Under the pieces are notes generated by a model, which was not told where the DNA came from, did no database searches, and saw only the letters and a list, made by a program, of their open reading frames with translations. The position numbers and the translations under genes were made by a program. Shown here one piece after another: positions 25,331 through 37,850 of a stretch of DNA of 64,000 nucleotides; the stretch's first letter is position 1; each line of letters opens with the position of its first letter. The DNA is taken from positions 1,054,001 through 1,118,000 of the forward strand of contig NC_043004.1 in NCBI RefSeq assembly GCF_006345805.1. Reading direction: 5' to 3'. The DNA comes from Octopus sinensis (taxonomy: Eukaryota).

Positions 25331-25631
25331 TTAGCAATCTGCTTCCTGATCATGTCTTTCCTGCAGATGCACCATATAACCTTGATATTATAAGCTTACC
25401 AGCTGTGGTGGTGGTGGTGGTGGTGGTGTGGTGGTGGTGGTGGTGGTGGCAGTGGTGGAGCTGCAAAGGCTAAGGATATTACCCGAGCGCCAATCCTATC
25501 ATATTTTCATAATTGAATATTATTAGGAATTATATACAAAAAATTCTTTAAGCATTTTGTGTATTATAGAAGTATAACCGATTTATTGCAGGTAACTTTA
25601 TATTGACTCACAAATATTACATAGACCTTAA

Positions 25632-25926
25632 AGGTCATATTGACCCCACTACCAAGGGCCATATTAACACCACCACCAATGGCTATATTGACCCCGCCAC
25701 GAAGGGCCATATTAACACCACCACTAATGGCCATATTGACCTCGCCACGAAGGGCCATATGGACCCCTCCACCAAGGGCCATATTGACCACACCAGTAAA
25801 GGTCATATTGACCCCACTGCCAAGGGCTATATGGACACCGCTACGAAGGGCCATTTTGACTCCGCCACGAAGAGTCATATTGACACCGCCTCCAAGGGCC
25901 ATATTGTCCCCGGTTGAGAACCACTG
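25632..25926. repeat. 24-bp minisatellite (about 11.7 units) abutting a hAT-type terminus
   Basis: Units such as GGGCCATATTGACCCCGCCACGAA with no indels. GGTTGAGAACCACTG at 25912-25926 is the reverse complement of CAGTGGTTCTCAACC. Confidence 0.85.
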
Positions 25927-26333
25927 ATTTAGGCTTGTATCTCTATTTACCTCTTGCAGTTTTAGTTAAACCCTTCTCTTCCCCTTGTTAACCTATTTCC
26001 TTACTATACTATACTATGTAGTGGAATCATTCCCTGCTCTTATCTCAACCAATCCCTTCAATCACTTTATTTTCGTCTCTAATTAACCCCTTGACTGTCT
26101 TTAGTTATCTTCTGTCTTCAAAACGTCCTATCATTCACTCTTTACCGTTCGTTAATCTTTTGCTAGCCGCCCTCTTTTAATATCTGCTCAGCTCTTACTT
26201 AATACACGCTTGCCTCATTGTATGGTTTTGACTTAAGTTCTTTGTATATATAGAAAACAATACAACACAATGGATACACCCATCCACATTTTAATGATAT
26301 GACAACCCGGACGCAGTATCAAAATGTGACAAA

Positions 26334-26385
<52 letters not shown>

Positions 26386-26599
26386 TATAATAGTTTTAGT
26401 TTTAATTCTTACTTCCTGTGACTAACCTCTTTACTATTCATTTAACTGCTTTTATCACTGGACAAAATGATATAGATTTGATGAGGTTAAACAAGGTGAG
26501 AATGGAACTAACTTCTATTAAGCTGTAGAATTAATCTAGAATTCAACCGAGTCTGAACTCAGCCTGTTGTTGTTTATAGGATAAAATCTTTTGCATTTT

Positions 26600-27012
26600 A
26601 TCTTCTCTTTGTTTTAGTTATTGGACTGCGGCCATGCTGGGGCACCGCCACGAGAGGTTTTACTCGAATAAATCGGACTTATTTTACAAAGTTTGGTACT
26701 AATTCTCTTTTAACGAACCGCTGAGATAGAGGGACATAAACAAACAACCACCGGTTGTCAAGCAGTGGTGGAGGGAAAACACACACACATGTATGCATGT
26801 GAGTGTGTGTGTCTGTGTCTGCGTTTGTTCCCCACTACTGCTTGACAACCGGTGTTAGTGTGTTTACGTCCCTGTAACTTAGCGGTTCGACAAAGAATAA
26901 GTACCAGGCGTAAGATAGAAATAAGTACTAGGGATCAACCCATTCGATCAAAAATTCTTCAAGGTAGTGCTCCAGCATGGCCGCAGTCGATTGACACAAG
27001 TCAAAGATAGAA
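26600..27012. mobile_element. Two SINE family 1 3' halves back to back
   Basis: Minus half about 26600-26790 and plus half about 26810-27012 around a CA/TG tract. Confidence 0.7.
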
Positions 27013-27138
27013 GATACTACAGTAACCTCACCACTATCGTGAGTGTTACGTATCCCACAACCGCTGCGATAGAAATAGGACTGTACTGTATATCTTTTTT
27101 TATAGTTTGTATATGTTTATCATCATCATCATCAATAA

Positions 27139-27678
27139 TATTTCTTTATTGCCCACAGGGGGCTAAACATAGAGGGGATAAACAAGAGCAGACAAAGGGA
27201 TTAATTCGATTACTTCGACCCCCAGTGCGTAACTGGTATTTACTTAATCGACCTCGAAAGGATGAAAGGCAAAGTCGATCTCGGTGGAATTTGAACTCAG
27301 AACGTTAAAACAGACGAAATAGCTATTTCTTTACTACCCACAAGGGGCTAAACACAGAGGGGACAAACAAGGACAGACAAAGGAATTAAGTCGATTATAT
27401 CGACCCCCAGTGCGTAACTGAAAGGCAAAGTCGACCTCGGTGGAATTTGAACTCAGAACGTTAAAACAGACGAAATAGCTATTTCTTTACTACCCACAAG
27501 GGGCTAAACACAGAGGGGACAAACAAGGACAGACAAAGGAATTAAGTCGATTATATCGACCCCCAGTGCGTAACTGAAAGGCAAAGTCGACCTCGGTGGA
27601 ATTTGAACTCAGAACGTTAGAACAGACGAAATAGCGCCAAGCATTTCGCCCGGTGTGCTAACGTTTCCGGCTGCTCAC
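27139..27678 (-). mobile_element. SINE family 2 tandem trimer
   Basis: One head and three body+tail units. 156-bp period between 27323 and 27479. Confidence 0.85.
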
Positions 27679-28332
27679 TGCTGTGGTGTTTCTCACACTT
27701 AGTTGAATGGAAAAGGTAAAAAGAGAGAAATAAAACTTGTTAAGCAGAGGAAGTATAGTTGAAGTGAGAGGCTAAGCGGCAAAGAGGAGGAAGTAAGAGG
27801 AAGTAAGAGAAAGAGAGAGAGAGAGAGAGAGGGAGAGAGAGGGGGAGAGAGATTGATGGCGCTGAGAGGCAAGAGAAATATAACGCGTTAAAGGTAGGTG
27901 GACGGTTAGAGAGGCAAGGAGATAAAGAGGAGGAAGAGAGGTGGGAAGGGGGGAAGTGAGATTTAGAGAGAGAAAGAGAGAGAGAGAGACTGGGTGAAGG
28001 AAGAGAGAGAGGATAGAGAATGATAGTGAAAGGAAATGAAAGCATGTTTATAGAGAAAATGCTGGAAAACTTTTCGTTTTGGACGATATGTGATAAAGCC
28101 GTTGAAAAAAATATGGAAATTGCCACAAGAAATGCTGTCTGTCTGTCTGTCTGTCTGCCCCTCTCTCTAACACTCTCTCTCCTTCTCTGTGTCTGACAGT
28201 TATTCTGTCTGCCTCTCTCTCTAACACTCTCTAACACACACACTCTCTCTCTCCCTCTGTTTGACAATTTTTCTTTCTGCCTCTCTCTCTAATACACTTC
28301 TCTCCCTCTGTCTGGTTGTCTCTCTGTCTGTT

Positions 28333-28363
<31 letters not shown>

Positions 28364-28555
28364 CTCTCTCCCCTCTGTCTGTGTCTGCCAATACCTCTGC
28401 CTCTGTCTGTCTCTCAGCAAATAGCTGTGGATGTTACTGTTTCTTTTTTACATTGAAGGGAGAGGTAGAACGGAAAAGAGAAATGTGTTAAGCAGAGAAG
28501 GTACAGTAGAAGTGAGAGGAAGAAGGAGAGAGAAGGAGGGACAGAGAAGAAGTGA

Positions 28556-28599
<44 letters not shown>

Positions 28600-28988
28600 T
28601 GACTGAAAGGAAGGTGGCGTTCGTTTTGTGTTTTTAAATGTTTATCCGTATTTTCAGAATTAACAATTACATAATCACAGCAAATATTGGACGTTGCTTT
28701 TACTTTCCTACAATATAATTAATTACCATATTCTCTATACTGCGTCCTCGGCCAATATTCGATATTATTTTTACTTTTCTACACTGTAATTGGATGTTAC
28801 TTCTAAAGATACTTACATTTTTGTGTTTCATAGAATCCCCCAGGATCCTGCTTATACCTAATTATTCGATAGTAATTAAATGAAGTCACTATTTATAGAT
28901 GCTTACATTTACGTTTTCCGTGAAGTTTTCACGGATCCAGTTAGTTTTATTATAAATACAAAACTGAGGAATGGACGTTAGCTTAAAT

Positions 28989-29866
28989 ATTAGGTCGTCA
29001 AGTATGAAATTTATAGTAAGGTATATGGTAAACTTTGATAGCTGATCATTTTGCGCCATTATTATAGTTTAACAATATTTTTTGTTACAAAGCTGACACA
29101 TTTCTTTATTCTAACTCATTTTGTGCTTTATAAAGTATTTATAACTCGTTTTTTGCTATTTCTGTTTAAAGATAGATAAGTCGGAAATTCGTACAGTTTT
29201 GAAATATGAGTTCTTTCTTGGAAATACAGCATCACAGACAGCTCGGAAGGTTAATGAAGTATTTCATTCTAATGTTATTACACAGCAGACAGTTGGTTTG
29301 CAAAATTTCGTTCTGGTAACTGATCCCACAAATGAGCAACGCAGTCGACCAGAAACAAAGGTGGATAATGACGAACTGAAGCCACCGTCGAGTCAGATCC
29401 ATCTCAAAGTGCCCGTAAATAATTGTTGTTGTTTGGTGTTAACAAGCAAACAATATTGACTCACTTAGTTCAAATCAGTAAAGTTAAAAAGTTGGATAAG
29501 TGGGTTCCATATGAACTCAATAAAAATCAGAAACAGCAACGTTTGGAAGCCTGCATTATGCTACTTTCTCGTCCAAAAAATGAATAATTTTTTAATTGAA
29601 TTGTAACATGTGATGAGAAATGGATCCAATATAACAACTGTAAACGTTCAGCACAATTTGGTTGGACAAAGACGAGCCACCAAAACACTCCAAAAAGCAA
29701 ATTTCATCAAAAGAATCTGATGGTGTGTGTTTGCTGGTTTGGCGCTGGTGTGATCCATTATGATTTCATTAAACTTAGTTCATCAATCACGGCCGAAGTA
29801 TACTGCAACCAACTGGACCAAATGATGCAGAAACTTACAAAAAATAGCCTAGATTGGTCAACAGAT
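28989..29866 (+). mobile_element. Decayed mariner transposon
   Basis: TIR-like TATTAGGTCGTCAAGTATGAAAT. Broken ORF YEF.LG..A..TARKVNEVF..WVPYEL..VTCDEKWIQY..MVCV.W..GVIHY. Confidence 0.8.
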
Positions 29867-30640
29867 CCACTTTGCCTTCATCCTTTCGGGGTCGATAAAT
29901 TAAGCACCAATTGCGTACTTGGATCGATCTAATCGACTGGCCCTCTCCCTGAAAATTTCGGGCCTTGTGCCTAGAGTAGAAAAGAATATTTGCTTAACAT
30001 TCGTCTGTCTTTATGTACTGAGTTCAAATTCCGTCGAGGTCGGCTTTGCCTTTCATCCTTTCGGGGTCGATGATTTAAGTACCAGTCGCGTACTGTGGTT
30101 GACTTAATCGACTGGCCTCTTCTCTCAAACTTTCGGACCTTGTGCCTAGAGTAGAAAAGAATATTTGCTCAATATAAGGCAGTGAGCTTGGCAGTATCGT
30201 TAGCACACTGAGTAAATTCTTAGTGGCATTACGTCCGCCTTTAGGTTCAGAGTTCAAATTCCACCGAGGTCGTTTTTGCATTTCATTCTTTCAGGAGTCG
30301 ATAAAATAAGTACCAGTTGAGCAATGTGGTCGATTTAATCGAATCAGTCCCTTCCCTGAAATTGCTGGCCTTGTGCCAAAATATGAAACCATTGTTAGCT
30401 GAATATAAGACAGCGACCTGGCGGAATCGTAAGCACGCCGGTCAATATACTCAGCGGTATTTCGTCCATCTTTACGTTCTGAGTTCAAATTCCGCCATGG
30501 TTGACTTTGTTATTAATTCTTTCAGAGTCGATAAAACAGGTTCCAACAGAGATCGATGTGATCGACTATCCTCCACATCATTCCCGATCTTGCTAGCCAT
30601 GTGCGAAAATTTGAAAGCAATATTAGCTGAATATTCTCTG
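29867..30640 (+). mobile_element. Cluster of about four diverged SINE family 2-related copies in tandem
   Basis: Repeated TTTGCCTTTCATCCTTTCGGGGTCGATAAA domain with tail GGCCTTGTGCCTAGAGTAGAAAAGAATATT. Confidence 0.75.
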
Positions 30641-30823
30641 AAATGCTTTACATAGGCGTAGGAGTGGCTGTGTGGTAAGTAACTTGCTTACCAACCTCAT
30701 AGTTCCGGCTTCAGTTCCACTGCGTGGCACCTTGGTCAAGTGTCTTCTACTATAGCCTCGGGCCGACCAAAGCCTTGTGAGTGGATTTGGTAACCGGAAA
30801 CTGAAAGAAGCCCGTCTCATATA

Positions 30824-30856
<33 letters not shown>

Positions 30857-30949
30857 TTAGAGACAAAACCACTATTATGCAAATCAAACAAAGAAAGACT
30901 TAATCCAATACATAAAAAATTTTATATAAATTAAATAAAATTAAGTTAT

Positions 30950-30995
30950 CCACTACAATTGTTTCTTGTTACTTCTAAGGACATTCATCAGGTGG
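30950..30995 (-). ncRNA. Type I hammerhead-like motif
   Basis: CCAC-CTGATGA-ATGTCCTTAGAAGTAACAA-GAAA-CAATTG-TA-GTGG. Stem II weakened. Confidence 0.6.
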
Positions 30996-31136
30996 TTTTC
31001 AGACCTTCTATTCAATTTTAAATTATGAAGTTCATAATTTAAAATTGAATAGAAGGTCTGAAAACCACCTGATGAATGTCCTTAGAATTTTAAATTATGA
31101 AGTTCATAATTTAAAATTGAATAGAAGGTCTGAAAA

Positions 31137-31182
31137 CCACCTGATGAATGTCCTTAGAAGTGACAAGAAACAATTGTAGTGG
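31137..31182 (+). ncRNA. Type I hammerhead ribozyme motif
   Basis: CCAC-CTGATGA-A-TGTC-(9 nt)-GACA-A-GAAA-CAATTG-TA-GTGG. Confidence 0.75.
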
Positions 31183-31382
31183 ATAACTTAATTTTATTTA
31201 ATTTATATAAATTTTTTTATGTATTGGATTAAGTCTTTCTTTGTTTGATTTGCATAATAGTGGTTTTGTCTCTAATTAATATTATATAATATTTTACTAT
31301 AAAATTGGATTCAATCCTAAATCTGATTTTTCCCTGTAAATTTGGATTTATTCCCTAATATTTATTATTATTATTATTATTA

Positions 31383-31452
<70 letters not shown>

Positions 31453-32419
31453 TTGTGTATGTTTGTGTGTGTGTTTTTTCCCCCATCATCACCTGACAAT
31501 CGATGCTGGTGTGTTTACGTCCCCGTAACTTAGCGGTTGGCAAAAGAGACCGATAGAATAAGTATTAGGCTTCCAAAGAATAAGTCCTGGAGTCAATTTG
31601 CTCGACTAAAGGGGGTGCTCCAGCATGGCCACAGTCAAACGACTGAAACAAGTGAAAGAGTAAAGAGCATGTATGTGTGTGTTTGTATGTTTGTCTGTCT
31701 GTGTTTGTCCCCCCAACATCGCTTGACAACCGATGCTGGTGTGTTTACGTCCCCGTAACTTAGCGATTCGGCAAAAAGGAGACCGATAGAATAAGTACTA
31801 GGCTTACAAAGAATAAGTCCTGGAGTCGATTCACTCGACTAAAGGCGGTTGACTCCAGCATGGCCACAGTCAAATGACTGAAGCAAGTAAAAGAGTAATA
31901 TTTAGTCTAATTCTATGCTATTCTGAAATTGAATCGAATCGAAGGTCGATGGAATAAGGCCGTACTCACTCCTTCACAAAATTGTTCTTATCAGTAAAAC
32001 TGTCTGATTGTCTAATCTCATACATGCGGTGAAGCAACCAAACGATACGAACATTTGCATTAACGATTATGTATGGATTCCTCCGGTTAACGTTTATCTC
32101 TGCTGTCACTTAAAATGGAGATGGTTGTTTGATTTTTTCTATCGTCTTGCAGTTTTGTTCTCACCGGATGCTGAAACTCATTTTGCTTGACCGACGTTTT
32201 GAAACATTGATTGAGAAAGAACTTATATACTAAGCGATTATTCTAATATTATCATGTGCCATGGTTGCTGTACATGCTCGAAATAACAACCAAATCTCGT
32301 TCATGTCATACCGGACTATCTTAAAAGGAGAAAGACGCCGGATAACGTGGTCAAGGATGTGCCTAACTTAGAGAGGAGAGAGAGGAGAGAGAGAGAGAGA
32401 TAGATAGAGAGAGAGAGAG

Positions 32420-32450
<31 letters not shown>

Positions 32451-32540
32451 TGACGTATTAGTCAAGCTCATAATACCTTTTATCATAACTCTTTTCAATC
32501 ATGCCCGACCTACAGCTTGTAGCGTAATTGATACCCTCAC

Positions 32541-33467
32541 TGTTTGAGAGACACATTACGAATGATCTCGTTTGAGATTACAACCATCTTTGGCTAGTTT
32601 GACCGTCTTGTGTCCACTGCTCTGATTGGTTGGCATTTGGCGCAGTTTTTCTTTCGACTTATTTCGCGCCAGTGTGTAAGCCAACCAATCACGGCCTTTG
32701 GATAAGGTCTCGTGACACTATTTTTCTGATCCTTCATTTGAGCCTACCACACGCTATAAAAGTCCAGCATTCACTATTCCGGGTCTTTGGCTCTAGACCT
32801 TCTAAGGTCTAGTCATTGACCACAGAGCTACTCAGCCGTGTTCCAGTTCCAACGAGAGATGACCAGCCAGCCAGCCAGCCATGAAGACGCTATTATACAC
32901 CAGCGACAGACAGGACGTTCTACATCTCCGTCGCCTTCTTCTCGACGTCGTCTCCCTCTGCCGCTGCCATCACCATCTTCGTCCTTGACCTCTGCATCAT
33001 CTCCATCTCCGTCGACTTCAGCAATATGTATACATCAACATTCACACAGGTTTAAACTCACACTGTTTGTGAATATTTCACCGAGGTAAAACAGTTACAG
33101 TCTACCTGAAAGAACTTTCTGCATCAAGAGACTCGGCACAGCATGATAGCCACAACTTTTACACATGTAGTAACCGGCCTCTGCTACGTGACCCTCAACA
33201 TCTTGTTATAGAACTCTTGCTGTCGTGTACCTCACTTACGAACTGGTAAACAAATTCCATCTCAACTCAATATACTGAGAAACGTATCTTATGCTCTGTA
33301 TTCTGTATTTCTGCTTTATATGCATGCACCATTGCTTGTACCTTCTGTCGCATACACGAACACTCAGACACAAACACTTGTCGCATGACCAGACACTACA
33401 CTCCTCTAGCACTCACACACATTCCCTTTGTACACATTGTAAATAAAGTCTTCTTCTCCTTCAAACA
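32541..33467 (+). mobile_element. Solo-LTR-like sequence
   Basis: TG...CA ends with 7-bp inverted termini TGTTTGA/TCAAACA, inverted CCAAT pair, TATAAAA near 32755 and AATAAA near 33442. No TSD found. Confidence 0.5.
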
Positions 33468-33521
33468 TTAGAACGATTGTCGTCCTTCATTATTCCCTTT
33501 GGCACTGTATTTTATATCGTA

Positions 33522-33720
33522 CTAGCAGAGATACCCGGCGTTGCCCGGTTACATTCAATTGAAGAATTAGACTTTTCGGTTATATTTTCTGTAATGAACT
33601 GGAATATCTATGTTTCGAATTTCATCAAAATTGCAGATGAGGGTTATTTCCCTCTTTATACACCCTAAAAAAATTTGTAATCGTGCCACATGTATCCCAT
33701 ACTACTTATTTTTATGCGCA
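33522..33720 (-). mobile_element. Helitron 3' end fragment
   Basis: Minus strand CCGGGCAACGCCGGGTATCTCTGCTAG|T. The inner boundary is approximate. Confidence 0.7.
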
Positions 33721-34041
33721 TATTCCAAAATTCCAGTGTTATTGAACCTGTTAAAAAGATTTTGCTCCTAAAAAATGAAGGTCATGGAGCTCTAAAATGT
33801 GAGAGTTAAGGCACCTGTTGGGAGTGGGCATCTTAATGTCAACCAGAGAAGTTGAATTGTTGAAAATCTTTTTAACTTGGGTCTTATATTTATTGTTTGA
33901 ATTTCTTTCAAATAGGAAATATATATTCACTGGGTTTGTAAAAGAGAGCAAAGCTACAGGAAACCAAAAGACGAATAATCACAATAGGCAGTCAATTACC
34001 CTACCCTAGTCATTACTTGAAGTACCGGTTCAAGAACTATG

Positions 34042-34094
<53 letters not shown>

Positions 34095-34096
34095 AA

Positions 34097-34304
34097 GTTA
34101 ATCCAAACATGAAAACACAAAGAGAAAACACAACAACGCGAGGACATAGAACAAATATAGTATTATTGGACGCTCAGGAAGGAAGGGAAGAAGGAGGGTT
34201 TAACGTTTTGAGTGGAGCTCTTCGTCAGAAACATAGGAAAAGGAAAGATCCAGAGAAGGGAAGACGGAGGAAAAAAATCGCCAACGGTACACACACGGTC
34301 ACAT
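34097..34304 (-). mobile_element. Element F7 copy 2 (hammerhead GAAA mutated to AAAA)
   Basis: Homologous to 24445-24647. Confidence 0.7.
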
Positions 34305-34354
34305 TATATATATATATGTGTGTATACATATATGTATACACACACATACACAAA

Positions 34355-34403
<49 letters not shown>

Positions 34404-34469
34404 ACAAAGATAAATTGATAGATACAACTGAGTGGGCAAACAAAAATATGAGACACTTCGTAGTGCTGT

Positions 34470-34789
34470 TTTATATTTTGATAAGCATGGTACTTATTCT
34501 ATCAGTTTCTTCTTGTGAAACCAGTAAATTATGGGGATGTAAATAAACGAACACCAGTTGTGAAGCAGTGATGAGGGAGAAACACGAAGACACACACATA
34601 GACTTACATATATACATACATATACATACAATTGATGTCTTTCAGTTTCTGTCTACAAAATCCACTGACAAGGCTTTGGTTGGTCTCAGGCTATATCAGA
34701 AGACACAAGCCAAGTTACCACACAGTGGGACTGAACTGAGGACCATGTGTTTTGGAACCAAGTTTGTTACCACACAGCCACACCTGCAC
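34470..34789 (-). mobile_element. Diverged SINE family 1 copy
   Basis: Head and central domain on the minus strand at 34637-34789, and a deleted 3' half. Confidence 0.7.
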
Positions 34790-35439
34790 TTATGTATGTA
34801 TGTGTGTGTGTGTGTGTGTATGTGTGTATGGGTGTATATATGTATGCATATATATATATGTGTACATATTACATGTACATCTATATATATACATCTAGAC
34901 ATACATGTATATACATGTATACACATTAGATATATGGGACACAAGAGTTCATTTATTCACCCCTATATAAAAAAATTCCATGACTTTAGCATCATACATT
35001 AACCACCTCATACAGTCTAACATTGAGTATAATTAACGATGATCGATAATTACTGAATCAACACCATAGAACAAATATACTAAATCGTATAGGCTTTGCA
35101 TCAAGGAATCGAGTAGCATACTATACGCTAGTAATAGAAATAAAGACATATAATTAAATAAAATTACAGACATTTTAGTATGTTGTAAGCATAAATATTT
35201 AGCGTCTTATGATTTTCTTAAACTTTAAAATTAAATTTTTAAAATATAAAACTGTAAAGCTTTTTGAAAATACTATCTGGATTAGATCCAATGAATACTT
35301 ATGCACAAATCTAAAATAATTTCTTTGTTATTGTAGTATATATCAGTACAGAGTGGAATATTCCAATTGGCTTTTTTTGCATGATTAACTAAAGTTAACA
35401 TTTCAATGAATTTCATTTCTTATTTAAACGTCACTTGAA

Positions 35440-37070
35440 AATCTAGGTTGATTTTTTTGTGAGCTGCTGTCTGTTTGTCGAATTTATTATTGTTGAACGT
35501 TTAGGTGTGAGGATTTTGGTTGTTGTCTGTCTGTGTTGAGACAGACAAGGAGAAAAATGGACTGCCCCTCCCTAACGGGAGAGATGGCCAGGAATAATTT
35601 GTTTGAAAGTTTGTCGGAATTGTCGACGTCTGAGGAGGAACTAGAAAGAGCAGTGAAAAGAATGGATAAGAAGCTTGGAAATACGTATGCAGGAGTAACG
35701 AAGAAGAAGTCGGAAGAAAAAGAGGTAGACCTGGTTAAACTGCCAGGCTTCCAGGAATTTATGAAAGAGGAGGACGGTGAAGTCGAACTGTCACCTCCAA
35801 CAAAGCGTGGTGAGTGGTTCGATCGCAGGACCGTCAAATATAGAGTGTACGCAAATGGAAGAAAAAGAATTGAAATAGTAAGCATGGAAATTATTGAAGA
35901 GGCGCTAAAACAGACAGAGGAGGAAATTGTTTATTTGACAAGAGGAATGGAATACGGGACAGTGACGGTTCAATATAGGAGCGAGAGCGTCGCAAGAAAA
36001 ATGGCAGCCAAGGCAGTAAGAACGGAGAAGGTATACCTGCTACCTTCATACCTAAACAGGAAAACCACGCGAATCAGGGTGGAGGGAATATCCCCACACC
36101 TAGAGGGCGAATATATAGCAGCAGCTGTAATTAAGGGAAATGAAGAAAAGGTAGACATCCTCCATGCCACCATAAATTATGAAATCTGGGGGGGGGGGGT
36201 GCTACCCTGGATATGAACGCACAGGCAGAGACCAAAACGCTAGAAAGATTAACAGAAAATATAAGAATGGGAAACATCATCATGAGAGTGTGGGTGGAGG
36301 GCAGAGCCCCGCGCTGTTATAAGTGTGGCATGAGAGGCCACATAAGAGCTAACTGCCCTCCTCCAGAGAAAAATATGGATGCGGAACCACAAAGAGAGGC
36401 GGAAGAAGTGCAGAAATCAGAAGAGAAAGAGACAACAGAAGAAGTTTCAAAAGAATGGGAAGAAGCCCGGAAAAAGAGGAAGAGAAGAATAAGAGGAAAA
36501 GTAAACAGTGCGGAACCTCAATCCACCACAACACCAACCACACCCTCTGAGTCCCACCCTCTCCCTGCAGACAGTGAACCCACCCGCTCCCCTCCAACAA
36601 GAAAACAGAAAAGAAAAGACACACAATACCAAGATACAAAAAATGAACCCAGGCCCAACATTGTATGTATGACGGAAAAAGAAAAGATTAAAAAGACAAT
36701 GGAAGAATATCAATGGTGTGACAGAGGACCGATCAGATATGCAGTAATTGGAAAAGAACGAATGGACGAGTTTATGGTAATGTGTGAAAGGGGGGATTGG
36801 GAAGTAAGTGAAGTGAGAATGGTCGAAAAAATCATGAGGGATTTGGAAGAGACGTTTGAGAGAAGGATGGAGATGGATGGATTTTTTTTATAGGAACTGA
36901 ACAAGGAGCATTCGTTTGGGACTAATAACTAAAGGACAGGTAAGTGATGCTAGCGGATGGGGCCGTTAGCGTCGCTTTCATATATCATTTTCATTAATTC
37001 ATTTACCCATATTTATGTAAATGATGTTCTATGTCTCCTCTATGTAGCCCCTCGTGGGTAATAAAAAAAA
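35440..37070 (+). mobile_element. ORF1-only Tx1-type non-LTR element
   Basis: GT-rich 5' UTR, gag-like ORF1, about 175-bp 3' UTR ending GCCCCTCGTGGGTAATAAAAAAAA. No endonuclease or RT. The 5' boundary is approximate. Confidence 0.8.
35557..36893 (+). CDS. Tx1-type ORF1 (gag-like, one CCHC zinc knuckle); one frameshift in the G-run near 36190
   Basis: LLPSY..RKTTRIRVEGI and RVWVEGRAPRCYKCGMRGHIRANCP match ORF1 of the 44-58 kb elements. Frames join as IWGGGATLDMNAQ if one G is adjusted. Confidence 0.75.
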
Positions 37071-37285
37071 TCAGAAAACTGAACTTTCACCATGTAGTGC
37101 CTTACCGATTTTTGCTGGATCTTACCTCGAGAAAGGAACCCTGAGGAAGGAGGGCTGAATTTCGAATACTTCGTACAACCACTTTTCTGATACGGCTGCA
37201 GGTTAGGAAAAAAATTTTAATCGCCTCTTTCAATTTAGGTTTTTATTTTTCATGTTTATATTCGTATTTCATTGTTATGTTTATA

Positions 37286-37850
37286 TTGGGTTGTCCGGAA
37301 AGTTCGTTCCGATTTTTAAAGGAAAGTAAAAGGTCAATAAATACTTGCCATTACATTTTTAATCAACCAAATCTGAACCATTTCGTTGCACAATTCGTCT
37401 CCATCTTTTCTTTACCTTGAAAATACCCTCTTCCCAGAATTGGGGTGGTTTCAAGGCAAAGAATTCTTCATGGTATCTTTTTACGTCATCTAAGGAATTA
37501 AAATTTTCACCATTAAGACTATTCTGCAGAGACCTGAATAAGTGGAAATCCGAAGGAGTAATATCTGGGGAATAGGGAGGGTGGGGGTAACACACCCCAG
37601 CCGAGCTGCAGCAATTTGTCTGGTTCCCAAAGCATCAAGTGCCGAAAATGAACTTTCTCATCTTTTATTTTAAAGGGTTACAGAATTAACACAGGTTATA
37701 GGAACATAAAACTTCTTCCACGAAAAGATAGCTTAAACTGTGCTCTAAATGGAGATGTAGTCAAATCCTATTTTATTGACTCAAACATGTTCTAAAATAA
37801 GTTGAAAGTTAAGCTACTATAAATCGGCACGAACTTTCCGGACAACCCAA
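37286..37850 (-). mobile_element. Internally deleted mariner (MITE-like), copy 2
   Basis: Same TIRs, size and deletion as 12694-13259. Confidence 0.92.

Larger units (their letters stand above)
30848..31363 (+). mobile_element. PLE-type foldback, family F5, copy 3
   Basis: About 180-bp inverted arms centred at 31030, an internal 72-bp duplication, and the shared tail. Confidence 0.85.
30655..31895 (+). mobile_element. SINE family 1 split at its internal (TA)n by the F5 foldback, with a duplicated 3' half
   Basis: Head 30655-30820; 3' halves about 31445-31660 and 31665-31895. Confidence 0.75.

Noticed and set aside
25564-25927. KGHIDPTT / MALGGGVN repeat proteins
   Set aside because: Several frames on both strands are open because of the repeat unit, and there are no splice or gene signals.
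37141-37175. CTGAGGAAGG...TTCGAATAC
   Set aside because: GAAT instead of GAAA and weak stems. Possibly an old PLE LTR relic.
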